NCBI GenBank assembly: GCA_002691145.1
Contig: NZHE01000026.1
Location: 114,546-178,545, forward strand
Direction of reading: 5' to 3'
DNA from: Rickettsiales bacterium
GTDB taxonomy: Bacteria; Pseudomonadota; Alphaproteobacteria; Methylaequorales; Methylaequoraceae
DNA length: 64,000 bases
Shown in pieces: positions 40,541-50,246 of this stretch. The stretch's first letter is position 1, and every line of letters begins with the position of its first letter. Both the position numbers and the translations under genes were made by a program. The notes below the pieces were generated by a model. That model saw only the letters and a program-made list of their open reading frames with translations, ran no database searches and had not been told where the DNA came from.

Positions 40541-41400
40541 TTTCTTTTTAAAAACTCTAAAAGTTCATTTTTTATATTTTTTTGTCTAAGGGCAAATCCA
40601 ATATTGGCTTTTACAAATCCTAAACTACTTCCACAGTCGTATCTCTCCCCCTTAAACTTATAACCATAAACCTTAGATACCTTTAATAAATCATCTATAG
40701 CATCCGTAAGTTGAATTTCACCACCTACTCCTATCTTTTGTTTTTCTAAAAAATTAAAAATTTTAGAATCTAGAATGTATCTTCCAATTACAGATAAGTT
40801 TGATGGAGCGTCTTTCGGTTCTGGTTTTTCGATAATATTTTTAATTAAAAGATAATCTTTAAATTTTTTTTTTACATCAACAATTCCGTACTTGTGCGTC
40901 TCACTTTTTGAAACTTGCTCTAAAGACAAAATTGAACCCCCTATACTAGCTTCAAGTTCAAGCATTTGAAGGGTAACTTTTTTCCTTGCATAAATTAAAT
41001 CGTCTGGAAGAATAACAACAAACTTTTCATTTTTGTTAATCAAATTTCTTGCGCACCAGATTGCATGTCCAAGTCCTCTGGGTTCGTGTTGTATTACCGT
41101 AATAATTTCTCCCATCTGGGTTTGTCTTTTGATTAATTCAAGTTCCTTAAGTTTTTTTTTTCTTTTTAAATTATCCTCTAAAACTAAAGATCTATCAAAA
41201 TGTTCGCTTAAAAGATTTTTCTTTGATGAACTAACAAAAATAATTTGTTCAATTCCAGATTCAAAAGCTTCTGAAACAGCCCACTCAATAATGGGTCTAT
41301 CTAATACTATAAGCATTTCTTTCGGAACTGCTTTTGTCGCAGGCAGAAATCTTGTGCCAAGACCGGCAACTGGGATTATAGCTTTTTTTATTTTACTCAT
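40537..41400 (-). CDS. galU: UTP--glucose-1-phosphate uridylyltransferase
   Basis: 'KAIIPVAGLGTRFLPATKAVPKEML' N-terminal signature. Confidence 0.85.
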   Translation of the reverse strand: MSKIKKAIIPVAGLGTRFLPATKAVPKEMLIVLDRPIIEWAVSEAFESGIEQIIFVSSSKKNLLSEHFDRSLVLEDNLKRKKKLKELELIKRQTQMGEIITVIQHEPRGLGHAIWCARNLINKNEKFVVILPDDLIYARKKVTLQMLELEASIGGSILSLEQVSKSETHKYGIVDVKKKFKDYLLIKNIIEKPEPKDAPSNLSVIGRYILDSKIFNFLEKQKIGVGGEIQLTDAIDDLLKVSKVYGYKFKGERYDCGSSLGFVKANIGFALRQKNIKNELLEFLKRK

Positions 41401-41428
41401 TTGTATTATTCTTATATTACAAGAAATA

Positions 41429-41875
41429 TCAATTTAAAAGAGTTTCTTTCGCTTTATTTATCCTAGAAGTAACCCAATCAGATCCACCTAAATCGGGATG
41501 ATTTTTTTTAATTTGCTTTCTATAAGCTGCGATGATGTCATCTTTTGTTGCTCCATCATTCAGTCCAAGAATTCTCAGAGCCTCATCTCTACTCATTGAA
41601 CTACTGAAATCTTTGTTTTCTTTTTTTTTAAAAATAAAATTTTTTATAAATAAAATTACAGAGCGCCATCTTATGAAAAACCAAAAAGCAGCAGGGATAA
41701 ATGAAAAAAAAGATGGATAAACTCTGTACAGCAGAAAACAGCTTAAAATTATTAAGAATAAAATTATTATATTAAGAAAAAGTTTAAAATTTTTAAAAGA
41801 TGAATTAGAAATTTTTTTTAAAAAAAAAATAACTAACAAAAGAGAAAATATTCCAACTAATAAAAGAAAAAACAT
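41429..41875 (-). CDS. J-domain inner-membrane protein (DjlA-like)
   Basis: Two N-terminal TM helices, C-terminal J domain 'AYRKQIKKNHPDLGG' (HPD). Confidence 0.6.
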   Translation of the reverse strand: MFFLLLVGIFSLLLVIFFLKKISNSSFKNFKLFLNIIILFLIILSCFLLYRVYPSFFSFIPAAFWFFIRWRSVILFIKNFIFKKKENKDFSSSMSRDEALRILGLNDGATKDDIIAAYRKQIKKNHPDLGGSDWVTSRINKAKETLLN

Positions 41876-41895
41876 GATATGTTTTTAAAAAAATT

Positions 41896-42369
41896 ATGAC
41901 TAAAAGTAAACTTTTATATTTTGTTAGTGAGGATAAATATTTTCTAACTCACAAATTATCGCATGGTTTAGCTGCATTAAAAAATGGATTCGATGTTTTG
42001 GTCATTTGTAATATTTCTGTCTATAAAAAAAAATTAGAGACATATGGCTTTAAAGTATTAAACTTTCCATTTAACAGAAAGAGTATCAATCCTATTAAGG
42101 AAATAATTTATGCTTTTAAATTTTTAAGGATATTAAATAAGGTTAAACCAGATATAGTCCAATGTATTGCTTTAAAACCAATCTTATATTTTATTATTTG
42201 TGAATTTTTTTATAAATTTAGTGTACAAAAAATTTTCGCAATTGTTGGATTAGGATACATCTTCATTAATAAAAATTTCAAAACTAAATTTCTTAAGTTT
42301 GTTTTGCTAAATATGATTGCATTTTCATTGAAAAAAAAAAAACTCTATAGTTGTTTTCCAAAATATTGA
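41896..42369 (+). pseudogene. Glycosyltransferase family 4 (GT1-fold), N-terminal half; interrupted within an A12 homopolymer (42331-42342)
   Basis: GT4 N-domain pattern. The frame terminates 27 nt after the A-run, while the downstream ORF's frame is open back to the A-run ('KKKNSIVVFQNIDDMNYF...'). Confidence 0.6.
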
Positions 42370-42373
42370 TGAC

Positions 42374-43033
42374 ATGAATTATTTTTTACAAAGAAGAATT
42401 GTTGAAAAAGATAAAGTTTTGATAATTCCTGGGTCAGGTGTAAACACTAGCTATTTTAAACCAAGAAATGTAGCAAAAAAATACGACTTAATTTTACATT
42501 CAAGAATGCTAATTGATAAAGGAGTTGTCGATATAATAACAGCTTTACAAATTTTGCAAAAAAAAGAAATATTTTTAAAAACGCTTTTTTTAGGAAACCC
42601 AGATTATAACAATTTAGCCTCGATTAAGACTAATGAATTAAAATTGTGGAATAAGCAAAAACTTATAGTTTGGATTCCAGAAAAAAAAAAAATTTTAAAA
42701 TATATATTACAGTCTAGGATATCGATACTTCCTTCTTTAAGAGAGGGATTTCCAAAGAGCTTACTTGAAGCCGCAAGTTGCGGTCTACCCTTGATTTCTA
42801 CTGACGTTCCTGGTTGTAGAGAAATTTGTATAAATAATTATAACGGATTATTAGTAAAAAAAAATAACCCTCAAGATTTATCTATAGCTATAGAACGTCT
42901 TATAAAAAATAAAAACAAGTTAAAAACTTTTGGATACAACAGCAGAAAACTTGTTGTTGAAAATTTTTCGGATAAAATTATTTCTAAGCAATTTTTAAGT
43001 TTATACAATACAAGAGCTAAAAAAGTCCTTTGA
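42374..43033 (+). pseudogene. Glycosyltransferase family 4, C-terminal half (continues the upstream ORF after the +1 frame change)
   Basis: 'EGFPKSLLEAASCGLPLISTDVPGCREI' GT4 C-domain signature (E-x7-E region). Confidence 0.6.
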
Positions 43034-44699
43034 TCTGGTCTTTTTGATCAACCCCAACTTCGTAAGCCGCTGGTTTTTTCGGAAGTCCAGGCATAGTCAT
43101 TATATCCCCTGCTACTGCAACAATAAATTCGGCGCCTGCCGAAATTCTTATCTCTCTGATTGTTATAGTATGATCTTTTGGTGCACACTTTTTGGAAGGA
43201 TCAGTACTAAAACTATACTGAGTTTTTGCCATGCAAACTGGAAAATGATTAAATCCAAGAGTATCAATTTCCTTTAATTTTTTTATAGCAGCTGGTGAAA
43301 AAGTTACCTCATCTGCTCGGTATATTTCTTTTGAAATTATATTTATTTTTTCTTCAGTAGTATTTTCATTATCATATAAAAACTTAAAATTTGCATTATT
43401 CTCATCAGTCTTTTTAACAACCTCTTTTGCTAAATTTGCTGCACCTTCCCCGCCCTTGGCCCAATGTTCTGCCAGAATTGCATTCACACCATATTGCTTA
43501 CAAACATCTTGAACAGCATCAATTTCTTTATCAGTATCAGTTGGAAATTTATTTATTGCAACAACACTTGATAATCCAAACTTTGATATATTCTCAATAT
43601 GCCTAAGTAAATTTGGTAATCCTAATTTTAACGCGCCAATATCCTCTGTACCTAGACTTTTTGGTTCAGCATTTCCGTGAAGTTTTAGAGCTCTAACTGT
43701 TGCCACAATAACAGCACATGATGGAGCAATTCCTGATTTTCTGCATTTTATATCTAGGAATTTTTCAGCACCTAAATCTGCACCAAAACCAGCTTCGGTA
43801 ACTACATAATCGGATAGCTTCAAGGCTGTTTTAGTTGCAAGAACTGTATTACAACCATGGGCTATATTTGCGAACGGTCCTCCATGAATAAAAGCGGGGT
43901 TATTTTCTAAAGTTTGTACTAAATTAGGTTGTAATGCATCTTTTAACAAAGCTGACATAGCACCATCAGCTTTAATGTCTTTGCAAGTAACTGGATTCAT
44001 GTCGCTATCATATGCAACAATTATTTTACCTAGCCTATTAAATAAATCATCAAAATCATTTGCCAAACACAATATAGCCATAACTTCAGAGGCAACTGTG
44101 ATATCAAATCCATCCTCTCTAGAAAATCCATTAGCTACTCCTCCCAAAGAATTAACTATTGTTCTTAGAGCTCTATCATTCATATCAACCACTCTTCTCC
44201 AGAATACTCTTCTTGAATCAATTCTCGGTTCTAAGCGCCAGTATATGTGATTATCAATCATTGCCGACAAAAGATTATGTGCTGATGTTATGGCGTGAAA
44301 ATCACCAGTAAAATGAAGATTAATATCCTCCATTGGAACAACTTGAGCATAACCTCCGCCTGCTGCTCCTCCTTTCATTCCGAAACAAGGTCCCAAACTT
44401 GGTTCACGAAGAGCTACCATTGCTTTCTTTCCAATATAGTTTAAACCATCAGTAAGACCAACCGAAGTTGTGGTTTTCCCCTCTCCAGCAGTAGTTGGTG
44501 TCATTGCTGTAACTAAAATTAATTTTCCATCTTCTTTATTTTTAAGATTATTTATGACCTTGAATGGTATTTTTGCCTTGTCATGACCATAAGGAATCAA
44601 GTCGTCAGAGTTTAAATTTAATCTCGTTCTTGCAAGTTCAAGTATAGGTGTTTTTTTTGCTAGTCTGGCAATTTCTATATCAGATTTATAATCAGTCAT
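43017..44699 (-). CDS. fhs: Formate--tetrahydrofolate ligase
   Basis: '[15 protein letters not shown]' P-loop and full-length FTHFS similarity. Confidence 0.95.
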   Translation of the reverse strand: MTDYKSDIEIARLAKKTPILELARTRLNLNSDDLIPYGHDKAKIPFKVINNLKNKEDGKLILVTAMTPTTAGEGKTTTSVGLTDGLNYIGKKAMVALREPSLGPCFGMKGGAAGGGYAQVVPMEDINLHFTGDFHAITSAHNLLSAMIDNHIYWRLEPRIDSRRVFWRRVVDMNDRALRTIVNSLGGVANGFSREDGFDITVASEVMAILCLANDFDDLFNRLGKIIVAYDSDMNPVTCKDIKADGAMSALLKDALQPNLVQTLENNPAFIHGGPFANIAHGCNTVLATKTALKLSDYVVTEAGFGADLGAEKFLDIKCRKSGIAPSCAVIVATVRALKLHGNAEPKSLGTEDIGALKLGLPNLLRHIENISKFGLSSVVAINKFPTDTDKEIDAVQDVCKQYGVNAILAEHWAKGGEGAANLAKEVVKKTDENNANFKFLYDNENTTEEKINIISKEIYRADEVTFSPAAIKKLKEIDTLGFNHFPVCMAKTQYSFSTDPSKKCAPKDHTITIREIRISAGAEFIVAVAGDIMTMPGLPKKPAAYEVGVDQKDQIKGLF

Positions 44700-45165
44700 C
44701 AGATGACTATACTATGAAAATAAAAAATTTTAAATTTTTTTTTTAGATTATTGATCAATTTCTTTTCCTAATCTCGATATTTCTTTATTGATGATATTTT
44801 ATACAAATTTTGTTTTAGGAAAATACTTCATCTAGAAATTTATGGACTAATTTGTTCTAAACTTATTTAAAATTCTTTTTTTTTCATAATCTTTAAAACA
44901 TGATTTTTTTCATAAAGAATATATGAACTCATAAAATAGTTTTATTAAAATCAATTTTTTTATTACAAACCCTATTACTTTTTTTCATAAAAAGCCATGA
45001 TTGGATATTTTCTATCATAAACTCTTTCTCGAATTTCTAAACTTGAACAATATTAACTTTAAAATCATGATTTTTATCTTTATAGTCAATATTTAAACTA
45101 ACCAAGTTACTAAAAATAATAATTAAATATTCTTACAACATAAATTGAATTGCATATACTTGTAA

Positions 45166-45825
45166 ATGAAATCATTAATTAAAAATACAAACGATATTAT
45201 ATCAAAAAAAACCGCTAAAATATTAATTAATATTGGTTCAATAAATTTTAGTCCTAATAAACCGTTTAAATTAACATCTGGAAAATTTAGTCCTGTATAT
45301 TGTGACTGTAGAAGGATAATTTCATTTCCAAAAGAAAGAGCAAAACTAATTAATTTTGCTACGAAAAAAATTAAAAATGAGTCTTTTTTTAATAAAATAA
45401 CAAATATTTCAGGCGGAGAAACCGCTGGAATACCTTTTTCAGCATTAATCGCTTCAAAACTAAATTTACCAATGACATACATTAGAAAAGAAAAAAAAAA
45501 ATTCGGAAAAAAAGAACAAATTGAGGGAATTTTAAATGAATCTGAAAACGTGATACTAGTCGAAGATTTGATAACTGATGGGGGTAGTAAACTAAGTTTT
45601 ATAAATGCGTTAGAAGAAAAAAAAGTAAAATTAAGAGCAATATTTGTTATTTTCAATTATGGTATTTTTTTCAATAAGTTCCAACACAAAAACAAATCAA
45701 TTAAATTAATACACCTAACAACATGGAAAGACGTAGTTCAGATGGCATTTTCGATGAATAAAATAACTTTAAAGGAAAAGAAAATTATTAACGATTTTCT
45801 AAAAGAAATAGGAGTTAAAAATTAG
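45166..45825 (+). CDS. pyrE: Orotate phosphoribosyltransferase (long-form)
   Basis: PRPP-binding motif 'VILVEDLITDGGS', 'FKLTSGKFSPVY' OPRTase N-terminal region. Confidence 0.7.
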   Translation: MKSLIKNTNDIISKKTAKILINIGSINFSPNKPFKLTSGKFSPVYCDCRRIISFPKERAKLINFATKKIKNESFFNKITNISGGETAGIPFSALIASKLNLPMTYIRKEKKKFGKKEQIEGILNESENVILVEDLITDGGSKLSFINALEEKKVKLRAIFVIFNYGIFFNKFQHKNKSIKLIHLTTWKDVVQMAFSMNKITLKEKKIINDFLKEIGVKN

Positions 45826-46624
45826 AAATCTTTCCATGATTTGATGTTGAAAGCCTAGAATATTTATTTTGTTCTATCATACCTGATAAAAAAGCTTTTC
45901 TTCCAGCTCTAACTGCTAATTTCATTGCTTCAGCCATATGTTTAGGCTCTAGTGATCTTGCAACAGATGAATTTAATAGAACTCCATCAAAACCAAGTTC
46001 CATAACTTTAGCTGCATCACTTGGTTTTCCAATGCCAGCATCGACAATTACATTGCCTTTACAAAATTCTCTAATTAATTCTAAATTATGTTGATTTCTA
46101 ATTCCCAAGCCTGAGCCAATTGGTGAGACAAGGGGCATTACTACTTCACATCCAACTTCCTCAAGTTTTAGACATATTACAGGATCATCAGAACAATATG
46201 CTAAAATCTTAAATCCTTTTTTTACAAGTTCCCTAGAAGTGTTAACCAATTCAATGGAGTTTGGAAGTAAAGTATCTTCATCGGCGATTATTTCTAATTT
46301 TAGAAGATTAGTTTCTAAAGCTTCTCTCGACAACTCGGCCGTTAAAATTGCTTCTCTTGAGGATAGACAACCTGCTGTATTTGGCAAAAAAGTGTATTTT
46401 TCTTTTAATCTTTCAAAAATATTATCATTTGAATTAAAATCAACTTTTCTAATCGATACAGTAATTATTTCTGCCCCTGAAAGTGCCAGAGACTCCTCTA
46501 AAATTTTATCATTTGGATATTGGGATGTCCCCATTATCAGTCTGGATGAGTATTTTTTATTATTTATTTTTAATTTGTCTGTCACCATAAATTTATCCCC
46601 CTGGAAATGGAGTAACAATTTCAA
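45815..46624 (-). CDS. thiG: Thiazole synthase
   Basis: 'SRLIMGTSQYP', 'LPNTAGC', 'VMPLVSPIGSGLG' ThiG motifs. True start likely the internal 'MVTDKL'. Confidence 0.9.
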   Translation of the reverse strand: MKLLLHFQGDKFMVTDKLKINNKKYSSRLIMGTSQYPNDKILEESLALSGAEIITVSIRKVDFNSNDNIFERLKEKYTFLPNTAGCLSSREAILTAELSREALETNLLKLEIIADEDTLLPNSIELVNTSRELVKKGFKILAYCSDDPVICLKLEEVGCEVVMPLVSPIGSGLGIRNQHNLELIREFCKGNVIVDAGIGKPSDAAKVMELGFDGVLLNSSVARSLEPKHMAEAMKLAVRAGRKAFLSGMIEQNKYSRLSTSNHGKISNF

Positions 46625-46817
46625 TTATATCATTCGATTTCAGTGTATATATAGCCCAATCTTTCTTTTTAATTAAATTTTTATTAACAGCAACAGCAAT
46701 ATTTTTTTTGTTGAAGTTAGGAATTTTTGTTTTCAATAGAAGACCTAAATTCGGAATGTCCGTATAAAAAAAACTAATTTTTTCTTCGTTAACAGTTAAT
46801 TCTATTTTTTCTTTCAT
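46593..46817 (-). CDS. thiS: Sulfur-carrier protein ThiS
   Basis: Small ubiquitin-like ORF ending in Gly-Gly ('...VTPFPGG'), between thiO and thiG. Confidence 0.8.
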   Translation of the reverse strand: MKEKIELTVNEEKISFFYTDIPNLGLLLKTKIPNFNKKNIAVAVNKNLIKKKDWAIYTLKSNDIIEIVTPFPGG

Positions 46818-47098
46818 AATTTTTTTTTTAAAAACCTTGTTGGCGACAAACTTTGATTAATTTTTTTGCCCATGATTACATCATATACTAATTCAGCTGT
46901 TATTGGTGATAAAAGTACTCCATGTCTATAATGACCAAAGGCACAAATAATGCTTTTTGATATTTCATCTATTGTGCCGATAATTGGAAGCCCGTCGTAA
47001 CTTGCAGGTCTCAAACCAGAATTTAAACTTTTAATTTCAAGTTCTTCTGTAAAAGGTAGCGATTCTTTTAAATTTTTCACCAAAAAAAAAAATTTCAT
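46814..47098 (-). pseudogene. thiO: Glycine oxidase ThiO, C-terminal segment (separated from the N-terminal part by a frame change in a T11/A11 homopolymer at 47082-47092)
   Basis: 'GLRPASYDGLPIIG...AFGHYRHGVLLSPITAELV' = ThiO/DAO C-terminal signature. Removing one T from the run joins it in-frame to the upstream ORF. Confidence 0.65.
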
Positions 47099-47918
47099 CT
47101 ATATTAATCCCTGATTTAAACCCTCTATCATCCTCAGTAGCTCCAACCATAATCTCATTGTCATCTCTTGGTGCTATATAAATATTTCTAAACCACAAGT
47201 TATGAGTAATTTTTTGATTATTGTTACAACTTAAATTTAATGAAACCCCTTTTAGAGGTTTCGATGAAATATTTATTGAGAATGAACGTTTTAAAACTTT
47301 TTGACTCCAAGCTCCCGCAGCTAAAATAATTTTATCGGAATAAAATTTTTCACCATCATAACTCACACCAACTTTTTTATTTTCAAAAATTATTTTTTCA
47401 ATATTTTTATTAATAATTTTTCCTCCATTTTTTAAAAAACAATCTTTCAAACACATTTTCAAGTTTATTGGATTAACCTGATCTTGTGATTTACAATATA
47501 GTGAACCTTGAACATTATCATTTAAATTAGGTTCAAATTTTAAAGTCTCTTCTCTATCTAAAAAGTCAATATTTTTACCGAGTTTCAAGAAAAATTTTTG
47601 TTTAAACTTTAATCTCTGTAAATCATCAAAATTATTTGCAACCATTAAGGCAGACGTCTTTTTAAAATTAATTTCAAGACTTGAATGTTCACTTATTTTT
47701 TTAGCATATTCTTCCCACTTTTTTTTTGAGAGTTCTAATAAATTGAATAAATCTTCCTCTGAGGGTTTAGCTTCTATTATTGGTGCTAACATTCCTACAG
47801 ACGCTAGACTAGATTCTCTTGAATCATCATAATTAAATATTGTTACTTCAAAACCATTCGTTATAAGTTTAAATCCAATTGATAAACCTATCAAACCTGA
47901 GCCAATTATAAAAATCAT
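47037..47918 (-). pseudogene. thiO: Glycine oxidase ThiO, N-terminal FAD-binding segment
   Basis: 'MIFIIGSGLIGLSIGFKL' dinucleotide-binding motif, '...YIAPRDDNEIMVGATEDDRGF'. Confidence 0.65.
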
Positions 47919-47987
47919 TTAACTTTTAAAATAAATTACTACTTTAATCCTTGAATATATAGATTATTATAATTAAAAACTTATTAA

Positions 47988-48386
47988 ATGTTTAAATTAG
48001 ATAAAAAAAAATTAAAACACAAACTTAATCACTTAGCCTTTGAAGTGACCCAAAATAATAGCACTGAACCTGCTTTTTCAGGTCAGTACTACGATTTTTT
48101 CGAGGAAGGTACATATAATTGTATATGTTGCGGTAAAGAACTTTTCAACTCAAAGGATAAATATGATTCTGGAAGTGGCTGGCCAAGTTTTTCTGCTTCT
48201 ATAAACGATAAAGAACTTAAGTTAGTTAAAGATAAGAGCTTCGGCATGGTAAGAATCGAGGTAAGGTGTCGTAAATGCGATTCACATTTAGGTCATCTTT
48301 TTGACGATGGTCCTAAACCTACCTTTAAAAGATTTTGTATTAATAGTGTTTCATTGAAATTCGAAAGTGACAAAGATGAATTATAA
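47988..48386 (+). CDS. msrB: Peptide-methionine (R)-S-oxide reductase
   Basis: Two CxxC zinc motifs and catalytic 'RCRKCDSHLGHLFDDGP'. Confidence 0.9.
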   Translation: MFKLDKKKLKHKLNHLAFEVTQNNSTEPAFSGQYYDFFEEGTYNCICCGKELFNSKDKYDSGSGWPSFSASINDKELKLVKDKSFGMVRIEVRCRKCDSHLGHLFDDGPKPTFKRFCINSVSLKFESDKDEL

Positions 48387-49587
48387 TAATTTTTTTAAAG
48401 AAAACTTGGAGAGTTTAAAAAATCAAGGTAAATACAGAACTTTTGCAGACTTGGAAAAAATAGCTGGGAACTTTCCTCAAGCAATAAACTATGAGGGTAA
48501 TCTGGTTAAAGAAGTTACTGTTTGGTGCAGTAATGATTATTTAGGTATGAGTCAAAATAAAGAGGTTTTGAAACAAATGTCATTTGCTCTTAACAAAGTT
48601 GGAGCTGGTTCAGGTGGAACTAGAAATATTTCTGGAACTAATCATTATCATGTATTGCTCGAAAGAGAATTATGTTATCTGCATCAAAAAGAGGCGGCAC
48701 TATTGTTCAATTCAGGTTATTTAGCCAACTTAGCTACTTTATCAACATTTGGAAAAATGATGCCAAACTGTACATTTATATCTGACGAAAAAAATCATGC
48801 TTCAATGATTCAAGGCATCAAGCATTCAAATGCAAAAAAATTTATTTTTAGACACAATGATCTCAATGATTTAGAGGATAAATTAAAAAAAATAAATCCT
48901 AACCATCCAAAAATTATTGCTTTTGAATCCGTCTATTCTATGGATGGAGATTTTGCTCCCGTTAAAAATATTGTAAAAATAGCAAAGAAATATAAAGCTC
49001 TTACTTATGTTGATGAAGTACATGCCGTTGGTATGTACGGAAAAAGAGGGGCTGGAGTTTGCGAACAAGAGGGTGTAATGAATCAAATAGATATTCTTCA
49101 GGGCACATTAGCAAAGGCATTTGGGGTTATGGGAGGATACATATCAGGTAATAGATATCTTATTGATTTTATAAGAAGTCATGCTTCTGGTTTCATCTTT
49201 ACAACTTCACTCCCACCCTGCATTGCCGCAGGTGCATATACAGCAATGAGACATCTTAAATTTTCAAAAAATGAAAGAAATGAGCAAATAAAAGTTGTTA
49301 ATAAAGTAAAGAAAAAATTTTTAGAAGAAAACATACCTTTTCTTGATTATGAAAGTCATATAATACCGGTTATTATTGCAGATGCGAAGTTATGTAAACT
49401 TGCAAGTAAAATACTTCTTGAAAATCATAATATATATGTTCAACCTATTAATTATCCCACAGTTCCAATTGGAAAAGAGCGGCTAAGAATTACTCCAACC
49501 CCTCTTCATTCTGATGCAATGATAAGAAAACTCATATATGGCATAAAATCAGTTTTTGAAACGCTTAAGATAAAGCTAAACACTTAA
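48376..49587 (+). CDS. hemA: 5-aminolevulinate synthase
   Basis: 'NYNNFF...LKNQGKYRTF', 'VTVWCSNDYLGMSQN', PLP-lysine region '...GTLAKAFG' typical of alphaproteobacterial ALAS (alpha-oxoamine synthase family). Confidence 0.85.
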   Translation: MNYNNFFKENLESLKNQGKYRTFADLEKIAGNFPQAINYEGNLVKEVTVWCSNDYLGMSQNKEVLKQMSFALNKVGAGSGGTRNISGTNHYHVLLERELCYLHQKEAALLFNSGYLANLATLSTFGKMMPNCTFISDEKNHASMIQGIKHSNAKKFIFRHNDLNDLEDKLKKINPNHPKIIAFESVYSMDGDFAPVKNIVKIAKKYKALTYVDEVHAVGMYGKRGAGVCEQEGVMNQIDILQGTLAKAFGVMGGYISGNRYLIDFIRSHASGFIFTTSLPPCIAAGAYTAMRHLKFSKNERNEQIKVVNKVKKKFLEENIPFLDYESHIIPVIIADAKLCKLASKILLENHNIYVQPINYPTVPIGKERLRITPTPLHSDAMIRKLIYGIKSVFETLKIKLNT

Positions 49588-49590
49588 TTA

Positions 49591-50166
49591 TTATGGAAAT
49601 AAAAGCTTACTATCCCATTTCTTTGCTTTTTTAAAAAAATACTCTCTTTCATGAAGTCTGTACTTTCCTTGTTTCCAAAACTCAAAATCTATAGGCTCAA
49701 TTTTTATTCCTGCCCAATGAGAGGGTCTGGGAATAAATTTATTTTTGAATTTTTTCCTATAATACTCTATTCTTCTCAAAAAAAAAGTTCTTGAATCTAG
49801 TTTTTTAGATTGGTTTGAAGCCCAAGCACCAATCCTACTTTCTCTTGGTCTTGTAAAAAAATACTCATCTGAAGATTTTTCATCAATCAATTTTCCAATT
49901 CCGGTAATTCTTATTTGCTTTCCAATACTTTCCCAATAAAAACACATTGACATTTTATTATTAAATTCAAATTGCTTTCCTTTATTACTTTTTAGATTGG
50001 TAAAAAAAACAAATCCATCATCTAATATTTTTTTTAACAAAACCATTCTTATGTAAGGTTGATTTTTCTTATCTGATGTTCCCAATGCGAATGCAGTAGG
50101 GTCTTGAGTTTTTTTGTTTTCAACTTCATTGAACCATTGGTTAAATTTTTTATAAGGATCAGTCAT
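49591..50166 (-). CDS. pdxH: Pyridoxamine 5'-phosphate oxidase
   Basis: 'PYIRMVLLKK..GFVFFTN' and C-terminal 'IEFWKQGKYRLHER' PNPOx signatures. Confidence 0.85.
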   Translation of the reverse strand: MTDPYKKFNQWFNEVENKKTQDPTAFALGTSDKKNQPYIRMVLLKKILDDGFVFFTNLKSNKGKQFEFNNKMSMCFYWESIGKQIRITGIGKLIDEKSSDEYFFTRPRESRIGAWASNQSKKLDSRTFFLRRIEYYRKKFKNKFIPRPSHWAGIKIEPIDFEFWKQGKYRLHEREYFFKKAKKWDSKLLFP

Positions 50167-50246
50167 AAGTAATAGTTGGTATTTTCTTAAATCTATATTA
50201 TAAATTTAAATAATATATAAAATCTTACAAACAATAATAAAATTAC

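Noticed and set aside
44700-45165. ZTP (pfl-motif) riboswitch expected upstream of fhs
   Set aside because: The pfl motif requires GC-rich conserved segments (e.g. GGGUCGUGAC... and ...CCGGGCGC pseudoknot partners). Nothing resembling them is present on either strand of this AT-rich spacer.
45123-45656. 177-aa ORF on the minus strand
   Set aside because: It is completely antisense to pyrE, which has clear PRPP-binding motifs, with hydrophobic low-complexity translation. Spurious.
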